Shown here piece after piece: positions 9,201 through 18,100 of a DNA stretch of 64,000 nucleotides; the stretch's first letter is position 1, and the number at the start of each line of letters is the position of its first letter. The stretch lies in the NCBI GenBank assembly GCA_977020255.1, contig CDROCS010001008.1, forward strand, positions 62,001-126,000, in the 5' to 3' direction. Below the pieces are notes generated by a model, which was not told where the DNA came from, searched no databases, and worked only from the letters and a program-made list of their open reading frames with translations. The translations under genes were made by a program, and so were the position numbers. The stretch is from Obrimoposthia wandeli (lineage: Eukaryota).

Positions 9201-9875
9201 ATCTAACAAAACCTCTGCCATTTCATTTTGGTTCCGGTCGTTTTCCGCTGCTTGTGCTTCTTGAGCTACAGGAATACCGTCCTGATTTCTCATTATTCTT
9301 CTTGGGTACGCTCTTGCGGCCAAGGTTCTCAAAACATACGCGTATTCATTCACACCTTCGTCATGTTTCTGTTTCCGTTCTCTCATGAGTCGCTTATTTA
9401 CTTTGGCTAAGTCTCCTAATACCAATTTTCCAATAAAAGCATTTTCCAACGTTGGCCAGTCTAAACGTTCTGCTTCTGTCAAATGTTTATACACTTCAAG
9501 TGCTAATCCGGTTAAGTGTGCCTGTACTCGGACACATTTTTCTTTATCGTTCCATCCTTGAACATCTGCACAACTCGAATATTCTGCGAGGAAGTCACAA
9601 ATAATTTCCTCATCTCCTTTAAACTTTGTAATCTGCAATGATCCTGAAAAGTTGGGTCTCAACGTCGCATTTAAAGCTTGTGCCAACTGTTCGGCATTCA
9701 TGTCACCTACATTATTTCCTGCATTATTATCTGCTTGAGCTCCTGGGTGAGCCATATTTTCAATTATATCCTCTTCAACTATTCCTTCAATATTATTCAA
9801 TTGAACTTCCTCAATCACTACTGGATTGGCAATTTCAAATTCTTCTGGGTTTATGTCACCAAATAATTCAGTCAA
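5043..9875 (-). CDS. gag: ORF1 N-terminal part: Gag (capsid, CCHC), UBL, AT-hook, Bcl-2-like, signal peptide, glycoprotein N-half
   Basis: 1610-aa ORF from TTG 9875; first ATG at 9755. Retrotransposon capsid-like segment ITKFKGD...DFLAEY...GWND...HLTGLALEVY...W..L...F, and zinc knuckle CYTCKQMGHYSRDC. Confidence 0.93.
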   Translation of the reverse strand: MTELFGDINPEEFEIANPVVIEEVQLNNIEGIVEEDIIENMAHPGAQADNNAGNNVGDMNAEQLAQALNATLRPNFSGSLQITKFKGDEEIICDFLAEYSSCADVQGWNDKEKCVRVQAHLTGLALEVYKHLTEAERLDWPTLENAFIGKLVLGDLAKVNKRLMRERKQKHDEGVNEYAYVLRTLAARAYPRRIMRNQDGIPVAQEAQAAENDRNQNEMAEVLLDIFRGGLKKDIKVLLAVSDTNDFDNAVRKAREIEKNIKNNAALAIYAMTAGDDDKTKVFVNKTEPSNFQNRNYGQNKFEKVDESSNGNRDNFRSRNRDDSRGRNNSESWNRNRDDSRGRNGNDSWNRNRDDSRNRFNRDNSGNRQPWRGDDRNYNANRGERSDSRFGNNTGSSDGRFNNRGSGFESNFRRNDFRGRYDNRQNSRRVQFEDEQNKIDIRGRIMCYTCKQMGHYSRDCTRSKEFGTNRFGNNNFGNNNFGNNYRGYNSPPPWNRGGGYTPQPWRPNNQYTDRQQSPGRYNNYADRQQGAERYNNYVGQQGAERYNNSGRYNNNNVDKTNSRESSPKPKGNFSYVSDDSDRNRETELRREIDFEDSDSKFERMLGIIKDSPHTKMANSSTLSKQEKSLHSREEMNELMNQILEAYETPIEKTCNAQPMTDHVEAARNATSMENVKKIISEAKETLNQPLDETSEAPEVLAKLQTIKVHRLEEVRAELVKHSHDNLGYKEVPRGLLKGYDRYVQRSNQKGTMKISLRLISGHIIHEKLNVYQTMKTIRKKLAEKLEIDGMNMLFHYKGRSLDDEDVPVECGYPIGNELEEKIDVITVGRQELVDNEGLTEILNSALEMIKTPIEILDSSSESGDNDVAEAWNKTSTPEPYVAELQDMNLENELTTPVVEVPPEPDIIQIRQDEVTDTANQARQNENVNQLVGEDEISEIVDLDSPIWHAAYKDRQAEQMMRQNEEIGQEEGPSQEIQYNGEPYDPGENQTEYQYFRRGPGRPRKDGSILRNVLTAPQTDEERHLSIGQLAASLEQYSTERNEDIRGDMNSETPSSKDILTGILRQVKPKLFKMYRDETTDITDNLTKAVRSQMSAVKRMTANHVYHASIDRFYDGEVLARLCGNQTTNKKLITAITYLCFQLTERMSQPHEVKQGINEAMYLIENVLQRRIDENGGWAKLSDYAKTIVEMNEDDDEQCHENRQRENKQYRPKERNNQPNMSTTMMMMLVMFMGMQQASGLIAYDCSIPKMGQKYSLLDSEDCPESQPSKLEVKDVENYFVYQDVDKVQVEVKECSIHSSYHEFYCGHRSFMSEITPTTSYKAHKVLPRDCEDAFRTGTIEVDKNYKPDVKIGLRRYETVTRVGQRWADGSCDGGTKNVRGTKVTELVMDVTYKIELKTWTANFDKKTQLMMKYPECKMTDTSCFTGESTIVYHVNPKQCSLVFLKEISFNKIKGFLYNKDGEGFLYNKVGKGLLNEARPIPMTKTPTLLMATSIEEGLIFIKKRNKARCGMTVSTTNYPGIVLSKEAIALAETELKPRDMQLHTYFNNKIDFYYHKGLMQMEQLYRMMIERDCQLNKEIVRTKLVLAITNPDMVAPLLPLDEGVFAKTMG
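6321..6710 (-). other. Bcl-2-family-like domain (divergent)
   Basis: BH3-like ILRQVKPKLFKMYRDE (cf. TLRQAGDDFSRRYRRD), weak BH1-like TNKKLITAITY (cf. VNWGRIVAFFEF), BH2-like LQRRIDENGGWAKLSDY (cf. LHTWIQDNGGWDAFVELY). NGGW is at 6345-6356. Confidence 0.6.
6859..6890 (-). other. AT-hook motif
   Basis: RRGPGRPRKDG contains the GRPRK core. Confidence 0.65.
7386..7622 (-). other. Ubiquitin-like (beta-grasp) domain
   Basis: MKISLRLISGHII...TMKTIRKKLAEKLEI...LFHYKGRSLDD aligns ungapped to ubiquitin 1-52 with identities at M1, I3, G10, I13, T22, K29, K33, I36, G47, L50 and D52. No C-terminal GG. Confidence 0.8.
8496..8537 (-). other. Gag CCHC zinc knuckle
   Basis: CYTCKQMGHYSRDC (CX2CX4HX4C). Confidence 0.97.
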
Positions 9876-9925
9876 ATAAAAGCTGTCGGTTGAAACCGCT
9901 GATTGATTAACGTCTCTTTCTGATA

Positions 9926-10132
9926 CGATTTCTCAAAACTTATCAAATTCCTAACTTCGAGGAACAAATCTACTCGATTTCTCAAAACTTATCAAATTCT
10001 TAACTTCGAGGAACAAATCTACTCGATTTCTCAACACTTATCAAATTCTTAACTTCGAGGAACAAATCTACTCGATTTCTCAACACTTATCAAATTCTTA
10101 ACTTCGAGGAACAAATCTACTCGATTTCTCAA
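9926..10132. repeat. 49-bp tandem repeat, 4 full copies plus a partial, in the 5' leader
   Basis: Unit cgatttctcaaaacttatcaaattcttaacttcgaggaacaaatctact starts at 9926, with full copies to 10121. Confidence 0.95.
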
Positions 10133-10139
10133 AAAAAAC

Positions 10140-10527
10140 TTATCTCAATTTACTTATATCTTCTTCTGAAACTTATTCTAAATTTGCTTATATCTTCTTC
10201 TGAAACTTATTCTCAATTGTCTATATTCTTCTGCTGAAACTTATTCTCAATTTATCTGAAACTTATTCTCAATATCTGAACTTATTCTATTTACCTGAAA
10301 TTTATTCTCAATTATCTGAAACTTATTCTCAATATCTGAACTTATTCTATTTACCTGAAACTTATTCTCAATATCTGAACTTATTCTATTTACCTGAAAC
10401 TTATTCTCAATTATCTGAAACTTATTCTCAATATCTGAACTTATTCTATTTACCTGAAACTTATTCTCAATATCTGAACTTATTCTATTTACCTGAAACT
10501 TATTCTCAATATCTGAACTTATTCTAC
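10140..10527. repeat. Compound ~19/38-bp tandem repeat in the 5' leader
   Basis: Reiterated ctgaaacttattctcaatat / ctgaacttattctattta units. Confidence 0.9.
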
Positions 10528-10552
10528 GTGAATTCGCTGTGTCCGACGAGCT

Positions 10553-10571
10553 ATCCTCACTCGGGACACCA
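10553..10571 (-). promoter_or_regulatory. Primer binding site, complementary to a tRNA 3' end (elongator tRNA-Met-like)
   Basis: Minus strand reads TGGTGTCCCGAGTGAGGAT. The plus strand ATCCTCACTCGGGACACCA ends in CCA and resembles elongator tRNA-Met 3' ends (...ATCCTCACACGGGGCACCA). The tRNA identity is inferred. Confidence 0.85.
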
Positions 10572-11189
10572 CTTTAATATGTTGGGGTTTCTATACGAGA
10601 CTTGTATAGATCCTCTTGTGTGCGGAGGGCCCCAACGTGAGTTCGAATAGAAGCAGGTCTTAAAGTTGGTCGTGGCCTACTTAGTGCTATGGTTGCCTGT
10701 CTCAATTTCTTATCTGAAGGTGTTTGTTTTGACGTCTCTTAATCTGAAGGGTTTAAAACAACGTTTTCTAATGTAGGAAATCGTTTATTGGTAGCACACT
10801 AAACTGAACACAACAATACGTTTACGTACGTATTTTCTAAAAAGTATAGTAAAAATTCCTAAGACTTCTGTAAGTCTCTACAACAAGTGGGGATGAACCA
10901 CGTATCGATTTTACGTTCGGGGTGATCGAGATTTTAGAGTTATTCCTCTGACTCGAGAATGAGCTCACGTTACAGATTTCTCAACAATTTAACTCTGCTA
11001 TCGGCTTGAACTTTTGAGGTTAAACCTTTATTCTTATGTCAATAAAGGTGCGAATGCAAAACTTCTTTCTAAGTTGGTTAATTTATAACACAACTCTTTT
11101 AAAACTTTCTTTTAACTTAGACGAAAACTTAAATCGTGTTGGGTAAAGCTGTCTTTAATTTGGATAACTTTCTATTGTTACGAATTCAG

Positions 11190-11630
11190 ACGAGAATTGT
11201 CAACTTCGGACAATGAATGAATGACCTAATTGTCAACTTCGGACAATGAATCGAATTTAGGCCTAATTGTCAACTGTGGACAATGATTCGTATGGAGGCC
11301 TAATTGTCAACTGTGGACAATGATTCGTATGGAGGCCTAATTGTCAACTGTGGACAATGATTCGTATGGAGGCCTAATTGTCAACTGTGGACAATGATTC
11401 GTATGGAGGCCTAATTGTCAACTGTGGACAATGATTCGTATGGAGGCCTAATTGTCAACTGTGAACAATGATTCGTATGGAGGCCTAATTGTCAACTGTG
11501 GACAATGATTCGTATGGAGGCTTAATTGTCAACTGTGGACAATGATTCGTATGGAGGCCTAATTGTCAACTGTGGACAATGATTCGTATGGAGGCCTAAT
11601 TGTCAACTGTGGACAATGATTCGTATGGAC
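11190..11630. repeat. 37-bp minisatellite, ~12 copies, inside the LTR
   Basis: Unit ggaggcctaattgtcaactgtggacaatgattcgtat; the AATTGTCAAC core recurs every 37 bp from 11228 to 11598. Confidence 0.97.
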
Positions 11631-11780
11631 CTATATGGCTCGTCTCACCTATCCAATCCTAGAGTTTTTCGAGGTCTGGATCCGTGGACTGTCAGAGGGC
11701 TGGCTCTGTTCGAACTCGCCAGTAACGATTTGGTCGGAGAGATGTTTGTCTGTCCGTACTCTTTGGTTCTTCTAGATCAC

Positions 11781-12093
11781 CTCAATTTGTCTTCTTTAAT
11801 TTTCACTCAATTTGTCTTCTTTAATTTTCACTCAATTTGTCTCTTTAATTTTCACTCAATTTGTCTCTTTAATTTTCACTCAATTTGTCTCTTTAATTTT
11901 CACTCAATTTGTCTCTTTAATTTTCACTCAATTTGTCTCTTTAATTTTCACTCAATTTGTCTCTTTAATTTTCACTCAATTTGTTTCTTTAATTTTCACT
12001 CAATTTGTCTCTTTAATTTTCACTCAATTTGTCTCTTTAATTTTCACTCAATTTGTCTCTTTAATTTTCACTCAATTTGTCTCTTTAATTTTC
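11781..12093. repeat. 24-bp minisatellite, ~13 copies, inside the LTR
   Basis: Unit tttaattttcactcaatttgtctc, which produces the LIFTQFVS repeat ORF. Confidence 0.97.
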
Positions 12094-12603
12094 GACTCCA
12101 ATTATTTTTTCTGAAATTAGTTAGTAAAATTCTTTTATACTAATTCCTTACCTCTCAGCAACCGCGACTGTCAATTCTGGACAGCTGAAATAAATTGAAG
12201 TAGTGAGCGCTGCAGTAACTGACTGTGACGCTTCCTGTCACTCAAATTTGGCAGCTGAAATAAAACAACGATTGTTGGGGATTGACTGGCTGAAAATAAA
12301 GTAAACGATTTAATCAATAATCGTAACTTACAGCAATTTCTTCTTTCCTTGATTTCTTTTTCGATTATTTGCTTGCTTTTTGCTTCTTAGTTTATTTTCT
12401 TTTTGCACTTTAATATTTTCCAATCAACCTATATATATAACACATTACACACGACCTTCGTGGTCCTCTTAATATTTACCCCTAATTTTAGTCCTAATAT
12501 TTTAACTCGATTTTAAATATTTAATTTTCAACCTTGCTTTCAAGGATTTTTATTTTAGTATAAATTTAACTAATTCTTTTAATTTTTCAATTCCTAAATC
12601 TAA

Positions 12604-13755
12604 CACATATATTTTAATAACAAAAAGGATTATCATAAAGGATTAATACATAAGGAACAAATATATCAGATGATGGTTGAGTTAGATTGTCAGTTAAATA
12701 AAGAGATACTAAGAGCAAAGTCGGCACTAGCTATTACGAATACAGACATGGTATCACCACTATTACCATAAGATGAAGGAGTATTTTCTAAAATCATGGA
12801 AGAAGTACTGAACAAGTGTAAAAAAGTAATGGTACAATTGAGAAAGACAACTTGCCAGTAACATATCATTTTGTAGAATCAAAAACAAAAAAAGGCTTTC
12901 TAAAGTCACTCAAACTAAAGAAATCAGTTGCTCTAGTATAATAGCATATGAATATCAACTTTTAACGAACAGTGACTCCAGAATTATAAAAATGACAACA
13001 TTAAAAGGTAAGATGGAGTTCAAAGCTGTAAGGAATGTTGAAAATCCAAGTTTATATAATGAGAAAGATCTAAAAGCTGTCTGGGAAGAAATAATGTTTC
13101 CAGTAAGAAGGGTCAGGGTACACACGGAAATGGAGCAACATATGTAAATTTTGATAGGATTTTGTTGGTAAGTCACTTTAAAGAAGCGGTAGATCAAATT
13201 CTTAGGAAAATTTGGGTGGAAATCCTTATTTTATGACAACTATTCTCAGACCTAATATGAATTTATGTCATAATTAAATTAGTACAAGTAATTATAACCT
13301 AGGTGTTGTTCACATATAGTTTGAACATAATAACAGGAATCCCCTGGCAACTTATAACTTGATGTTTACTATTTTAAGTGAAATAATTAATGCACCATCA
13401 TCACGTGATTTAATTGCGAGCACTCAGAAAGAGCAACCGGAAGTTAGAACCGCATCACGAGAACCAAGTCACATACGAGATGATGACAATTACGATAACG
13501 ATGGTCACGGAGACTATTCAAATATGCCAAATACGGTATACGTTAAGATTCCACCGAAAAAATATATAGAAGATTCAGTACCAAATATATACACTGAAGG
13601 AACTAAAGGAGGAAAACGATAAGATCAAAGCAGAAATTCTTAAAATAAAATCCCCCAGAATGACGTCTGATCATCTTCTACTGACAAAGGAACCAAAGAA
13701 GAAAAAGATAATGCAAAAATAATTTTGAGGGAAAGAATATCTAACGATAATACAA
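12604..13755 (+). pseudogene. Degenerate env-region relic of a related element, inverted relative to the intact copy
   Basis: Translates with stops and indels to YFNN...YHKGL...DCQLNKEILR...VFSKIMEEVL, LYNEKDLKAVWEEIMFPVRRVRV, HFKEA..ILRKIW and RISNDN, collinear with ORF1 positions ~5250 to ~4020. Confidence 0.93.
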
Positions 13756-14359
13756 GTTATTTAGCAAAGCATTTTAAAAGGAAATATTTCAAATTAAATT
13801 CTTAAATGAGTAACTTTGAAAATTGGAAACACAAATGATAAATTAAAGAAATCGGAACGTAAAGTAGTACGTCACCCTACAGACGAGCTATTAGGTTGTA
13901 AAAGCGTTAGTGTCACCCTACGAGAGCTTGGGTATTACGGCTGTTCATAGACATTTCGTAAATTGTATTGTTGTAATTAAAGCTTATAATCATTTCTGTT
14001 ATACGTGGTATTAAATTAGACCGAGTAAATACAATTGGTTTTTCGCAAAGATGTGCTGCGCTCCATGAAACTTTAGCAGCACTAACATATTTGTAATACG
14101 GCCGAGACTGAACCTATCAGAAAACCAACCCGTAACCTTTATTGGAAAAGTCAATTCGAAATAGGGTTGTCCGGTTTATAACTTACCATTTACATCTAGT
14201 TTAGGCTCTGCCAGACTACTTTTTGAATTAAACTAATATTGGGCGCAATCGACTACTTTAAGACATACACTACACCACAATAGTTTTGGTAACATATTGG
14301 ATAATTGAACACAACACAAATACACAACAAAAAACATTCAGACATGTATAAACTAGGTT

Positions 14360-14445
14360 GGTCAAGGCGACCAATAAGATCTATCTCTATAGAACTCACG
14401 TTGGGGGCCTACATACGAGAGTTCTAGAATAAAAGTTTCGAAACT
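14360..14445 (+). repeat. Remnant of an LTR 3' end (U5) of the older relative
   Basis: gaccaataagatctatctctatagaactcacgttgggggcctacatacgagag is an inverted, diverged match to 10600-10675 (agggccccaacgtgagttcgaatagaagcaggtcttaaagttggtc). Confidence 0.7.
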
Positions 14446-14709
14446 CCGAAAAATTTCAAAAAATAATTCCAACTCATCTCTAAGTTCAAATTGTTGCTCG
14501 ATTACTTTATCTTGAAAGTCATCCAACATTCGCGAGGAAAAGAAACAAATGGTGACTTAACTGTTTAAAACATTGATATCATTTTGTTTCTAAAGGCCAA
14601 TCTGTAATCTCAATTCTTCCTGATGAAAATCTCCGATAGGTGTTCTACAGCATAAATTAAAAAATTTCAATACTCAACAATATGTGCTGGACTCCCTAAA
14701 AACAGTAAT

Positions 14710-14739
14710 TTTATTATTTTTATTTATGAGTAGTTTATT
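14710..14739 (-). terminator. Candidate AATAAA-type poly(A) signal region of the neurabin gene
   Basis: TTTATT occurs on the plus strand at 14710-14715, 14719-14724 and 14734-14739, ~300 nt downstream of the stop at 15029. Confidence 0.45.
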
Positions 14740-15028
14740 TTCATTCATATAACATTAGAAAATATGTTACACAAACTACAGCATAGTGCTTCTATGAAAC
14801 AGACGGGAGAGATGATAAGTGGAAAGAAGACGAAAGATGAATTATAATAGGAATTATTGAACAAGCGCCACAGCGGAATGTGTGTATGGGTGAGTGAGTG
14901 TGTGTCACAGTGGGTTGGTGTGGCGCCGGAAGAGTATAATCTCGGTCAATTGAGCACATATGGAGGGGCGGGCGGTGATTTGGCGGCAAGCGACAGTTAG
15001 TGGAGGGGCGAGTGGGCAGCACGTCAGG

Positions 15029-15187
15029 CTAGAATTGTGAGGCGTGTTGCACTGATCTGGTTGGTGGAGGCCGCGATTGTGCCGATCGGGCTTGACTGGC
15101 AGCGAGATGGCTCGAGTGGTTTTCCCTCAGCTGCTTGATCTTGCGCTTGAGCACCAATCGATCATTCGAGTTTGTGATACCCATTCG
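15029..15187 (-). CDS. PPP1R9A: Neurabin last coding exon (SAM end, stop TAG)
   Basis: ttccacag|CGAATGGGT; [22 protein letters not shown]...QF*; 53 codons. Confidence 0.88.
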   Translation of the reverse strand, partial: RMGITNSNDRLVLKRKIKQLRENHSSHLAASQARSAQSRPPPTRSVQHASQF

Positions 15188-18100
15188 CTGTGGAAAGAGA
15201 GAGCGTGAGTGAATGAGTAAAATAGTGAGTGACAGTGAGCGATTAAATGAATGAAAGTTAGTGAGTGAGAGTGGGTGAGTGAGAATGAGTTAAATTGAAT
15301 GAAAGTGAGTGAGCATAGTGGGTGAGTGAGAGTGAGATTGAGATAGAGTGAGAATGAGAGGGGTAAGAAGGAGAATAAGAGAGATTTAGAGTAGGTGAGT
15401 GAGAGAGAGTAATTTAGGGAGAAAGTAAATAAATGAGAGTAATTGACAGTCAAGTAGAGTGAAGAGCTAAAAAGATGAAAGTCAAATTTTACATAAAAAA
15501 CTTGAAAATAATATTTTACAATAATTATTACAAATAAACGTTCTTTTTATATGCGACTAACATTTCTATGTCAATTTTAACAAAAATAGAAGATAGTAAT
15601 TTTATTCCCTAATTTTAATTTTTTAATCTTATTTTTTGATTTAGGTGTTTTTACTTTTACTCGGTAGATAAGTGGGATAAATATGCATAAGTCAATTCTC
15701 ACTTTTATAAGGTCGCTGTCTATCCGCAAAAGTTGGTAGCCGGAAGTGACACCGCCCTTAATCAGAGTTTCTTGCAGGTGGCTGATACCGGCACTCTTTA
15801 GCCAATCCGCGATCTGGTTTTGCTGCCACTCATTGATTGGCTCCTGTAAGATAGGTAGATCAAATAATAAGTTCTGTAATGTCTCATATCGGATCGAGAC
15901 GGTGATACCTGCACACATACCTGGGTGGGGACTGACGCCAACGTGTATGAGTCCTTGTTGGACTGGTCGCGGGGCAGATAGCTGCTGGGGATGCCTGGAG
16001 AACCGGATGCGACTGCTGCTGACGAGGACGAGGACGAAGACGGCATCGTAATGAACCGCGGACCTACATGCAACCACACAATAATCTATTGTATCTTTCA
16101 GGACAGAGGAAGCATATCCTCATATTTTATACACGATACATTTACTTTATCAAAGTATAAAAATTTGGAATATTGCTTGTTACTTCTGCCTTTGTTAGCC
16201 TTCACATAAATAACATATTGGTCTACTGTATTTCCTGTTGTCTTAACTGTATTGGTGACTTGTGCAAACAACCGCATATCAAGATTCAAGGATCCCAATA
16301 CACACATGACTATTTCGCAACCGAAATCCTGTGTCAACATATAATGAACTTTTGGATGCTCAATTAGAAATGAACCACTTGTTAAATATATATTTTTAAA
16401 AATTCACCACGAAAGTTTATTTTTTTTCAAAAATAATATATTTAAATATATATAATATTCTTGATTTTATTTAATTCATATTATTACTATTTCTTTTTTT
16501 CAAATTTCAATAGTTTCTATACATCTCTTTAAATTCGCGGGCCACGCAACTTATTGAACATGAGTAGGTAACGATCTCATCAGCACAATATGTTTCAATA
16601 AATTATTTGAACCATTTGTTACCTGATCATATCGTTTAATGATAATCCACATTAGTTCCTAACAACCAATTAAAAAATGTGTCATCAACGTCAAATTTTC
16701 AGAAGGATTATCTTGTAGTTTGCCATTACGTACATAACTTTAATTAAAAGAAATTCGTACAATAATTAAAACAAAACAAACAATATGAAATGTTTGATAT
16801 GACATTCGCATTTGTGAAATATTAACTACATTTAAGCAAATCTATATAAACAAACTTTAACGACAATTAATAAAATTAGAAAATTTAAAATTACTAAAAG
16901 GTAGGTATAAATTATTACAAATCTGGATTATTTTTTAATGATGATCAGCGTATCAAAATGGATCATTCTGTGAATGGAGGTTGAAATATGTGATAACACT
17001 ACATCCTATTCGAGTACAATCGTAAATCAGATGAATTCATTGAGATTGTAAATGAACTTCCGAAAATTTACATTGCTATATATGCAGAATATCGTTGAAA
17101 ATGCATTTTCTCCATTGCTATCAGGAGTTCTTTTTCGGTAACTTGCGGGATATGTCTAATGACATATGGTACTACAGTGCTGGACAAAATATAAGCCAGT
17201 AAAAAATATGTTCACAATTATTCAAAATTAAATAATTTGTAAGAGATTTAAAAATACAATTTTAGAATCTACTATGAGACATAATATCTTAGTTTCAATA
17301 TCAATTTATTTTTCGGCAAAATCTCTATCGGTTTTTGAAAAAAATAGGTTTAAGTAAACAAAGACGTATTTTTTTATTTATTTACATTGGACAAAAGTGG
17401 CTTATAATTTTTTTAAATTCAGAATTATTGGTAATTAATAATTTTATAAATATAATTGATTATTTTTTTTAAATAATTTGGTTTCTTGAATGTGTGATCT
17501 ACATTTTTCATAATTTTTTTTTAGATTTATGGCACGTGGAAATGGTTTAACAGAAGAAGAGAAGTGTAACATTGACCGTTATAATAATGAAGGCTTGAAC
17601 CCATCTCAGATTGCAGAAAAGTTGACAAGAAGTAGAGGTGCTGTTAGAAATTATTTAGAAAATAAAACAAGTGGGCAATTGGGCCGTCCTAGGTCATTAG
17701 ATGACCGATCTGTGAGATTATTATGCAGAAAAGCCTCTAATTCTACTAAAAGTTCAGCTCAGTTAAAATCCAACTTAAACCTAAGCTGTTCCTCTCGAAC
17801 AATAAGACGCAGATTATCCGATAATCTTGTATTCTTAAAAATGATATCAAAACCAAATTTGACATCCAGGCACATTGAAAGACGACTTCTGTTTGCTAGA
17901 AATAATCTTAGTACTAATTGGTCAAGAATCATGTTTTCCGATGAAAAAAGATTCAATCTTGATGGTCCAGATGGTCTAAGCAGCTATTGGCACGACAAAA
18001 GAATGCCTCCCATGTCAAAAATTAGAAGACAGTGTAAAGGCGGTGGTATCATGATTTGGGGTGGATTTTCGAAAGAAGGGTTAACTAGTTTATCATTCAT

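Larger units (their letters stand above)
1..12605 (-). mobile_element. Env-bearing Ty3/gypsy (Metaviridae-like) LTR retroelement, 5' ~12.6 kb; 3' part lies beyond the left window edge
   Basis: LTR, PBS, gag, PR, RT, RNase H and integrase start occur in gypsy order. RT motifs PVVLVKKKDGKMRFCIDFRELNK, LDLQSGYWQI, MPFGLTGAPATFQR and YIDDII are gypsy-type. Confidence 0.97.
10580..12605 (-). repeat. Putative 5' LTR (~2.0 kb)
   Basis: It lies next to the PBS. Minus-strand ends TGTTAG...CCAACA form TG...CA with a 5/6 inverted match. AATAAA is on the minus strand at 10784-10789. The outer end coincides with the truncation point of the flanking relic. The second LTR is off-window, so the boundaries are unconfirmed. 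Confidence 0.65.

Noticed and set aside
74-9910. Numerous plus-strand ORFs (e.g. 1973-2467, 3697-4104) and the alternative-frame minus ORF 8558-8959
   Set aside because: Shadow frames of gag/pol with no recognisable motifs; 8558-8959 reflects the Gag repeats.
11190-11630. CRISPR-like array (37-bp palindromic repeats)
   Set aside because: The units are head-to-tail with no unique spacers, there are no cas genes, and the context is a eukaryotic LTR.
11616-12143. ORFs of 175 aa and 100 aa (FNFHSICL / LIFTQFVS repeats)
   Set aside because: Artefacts of the stop-free 24-bp minisatellite.
12955-13622. ORFs 12955-13197 (-) and 13359-13622 (+) as genes
   Set aside because: They are shadow or fragment frames of the degenerate env relic.
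15577-16079. Single-exon 166-aa or 93-aa ORFs
   Set aside because: Better explained as two neurabin exons in different frames separated by a 77-nt GT-AG intron (15844-15920).
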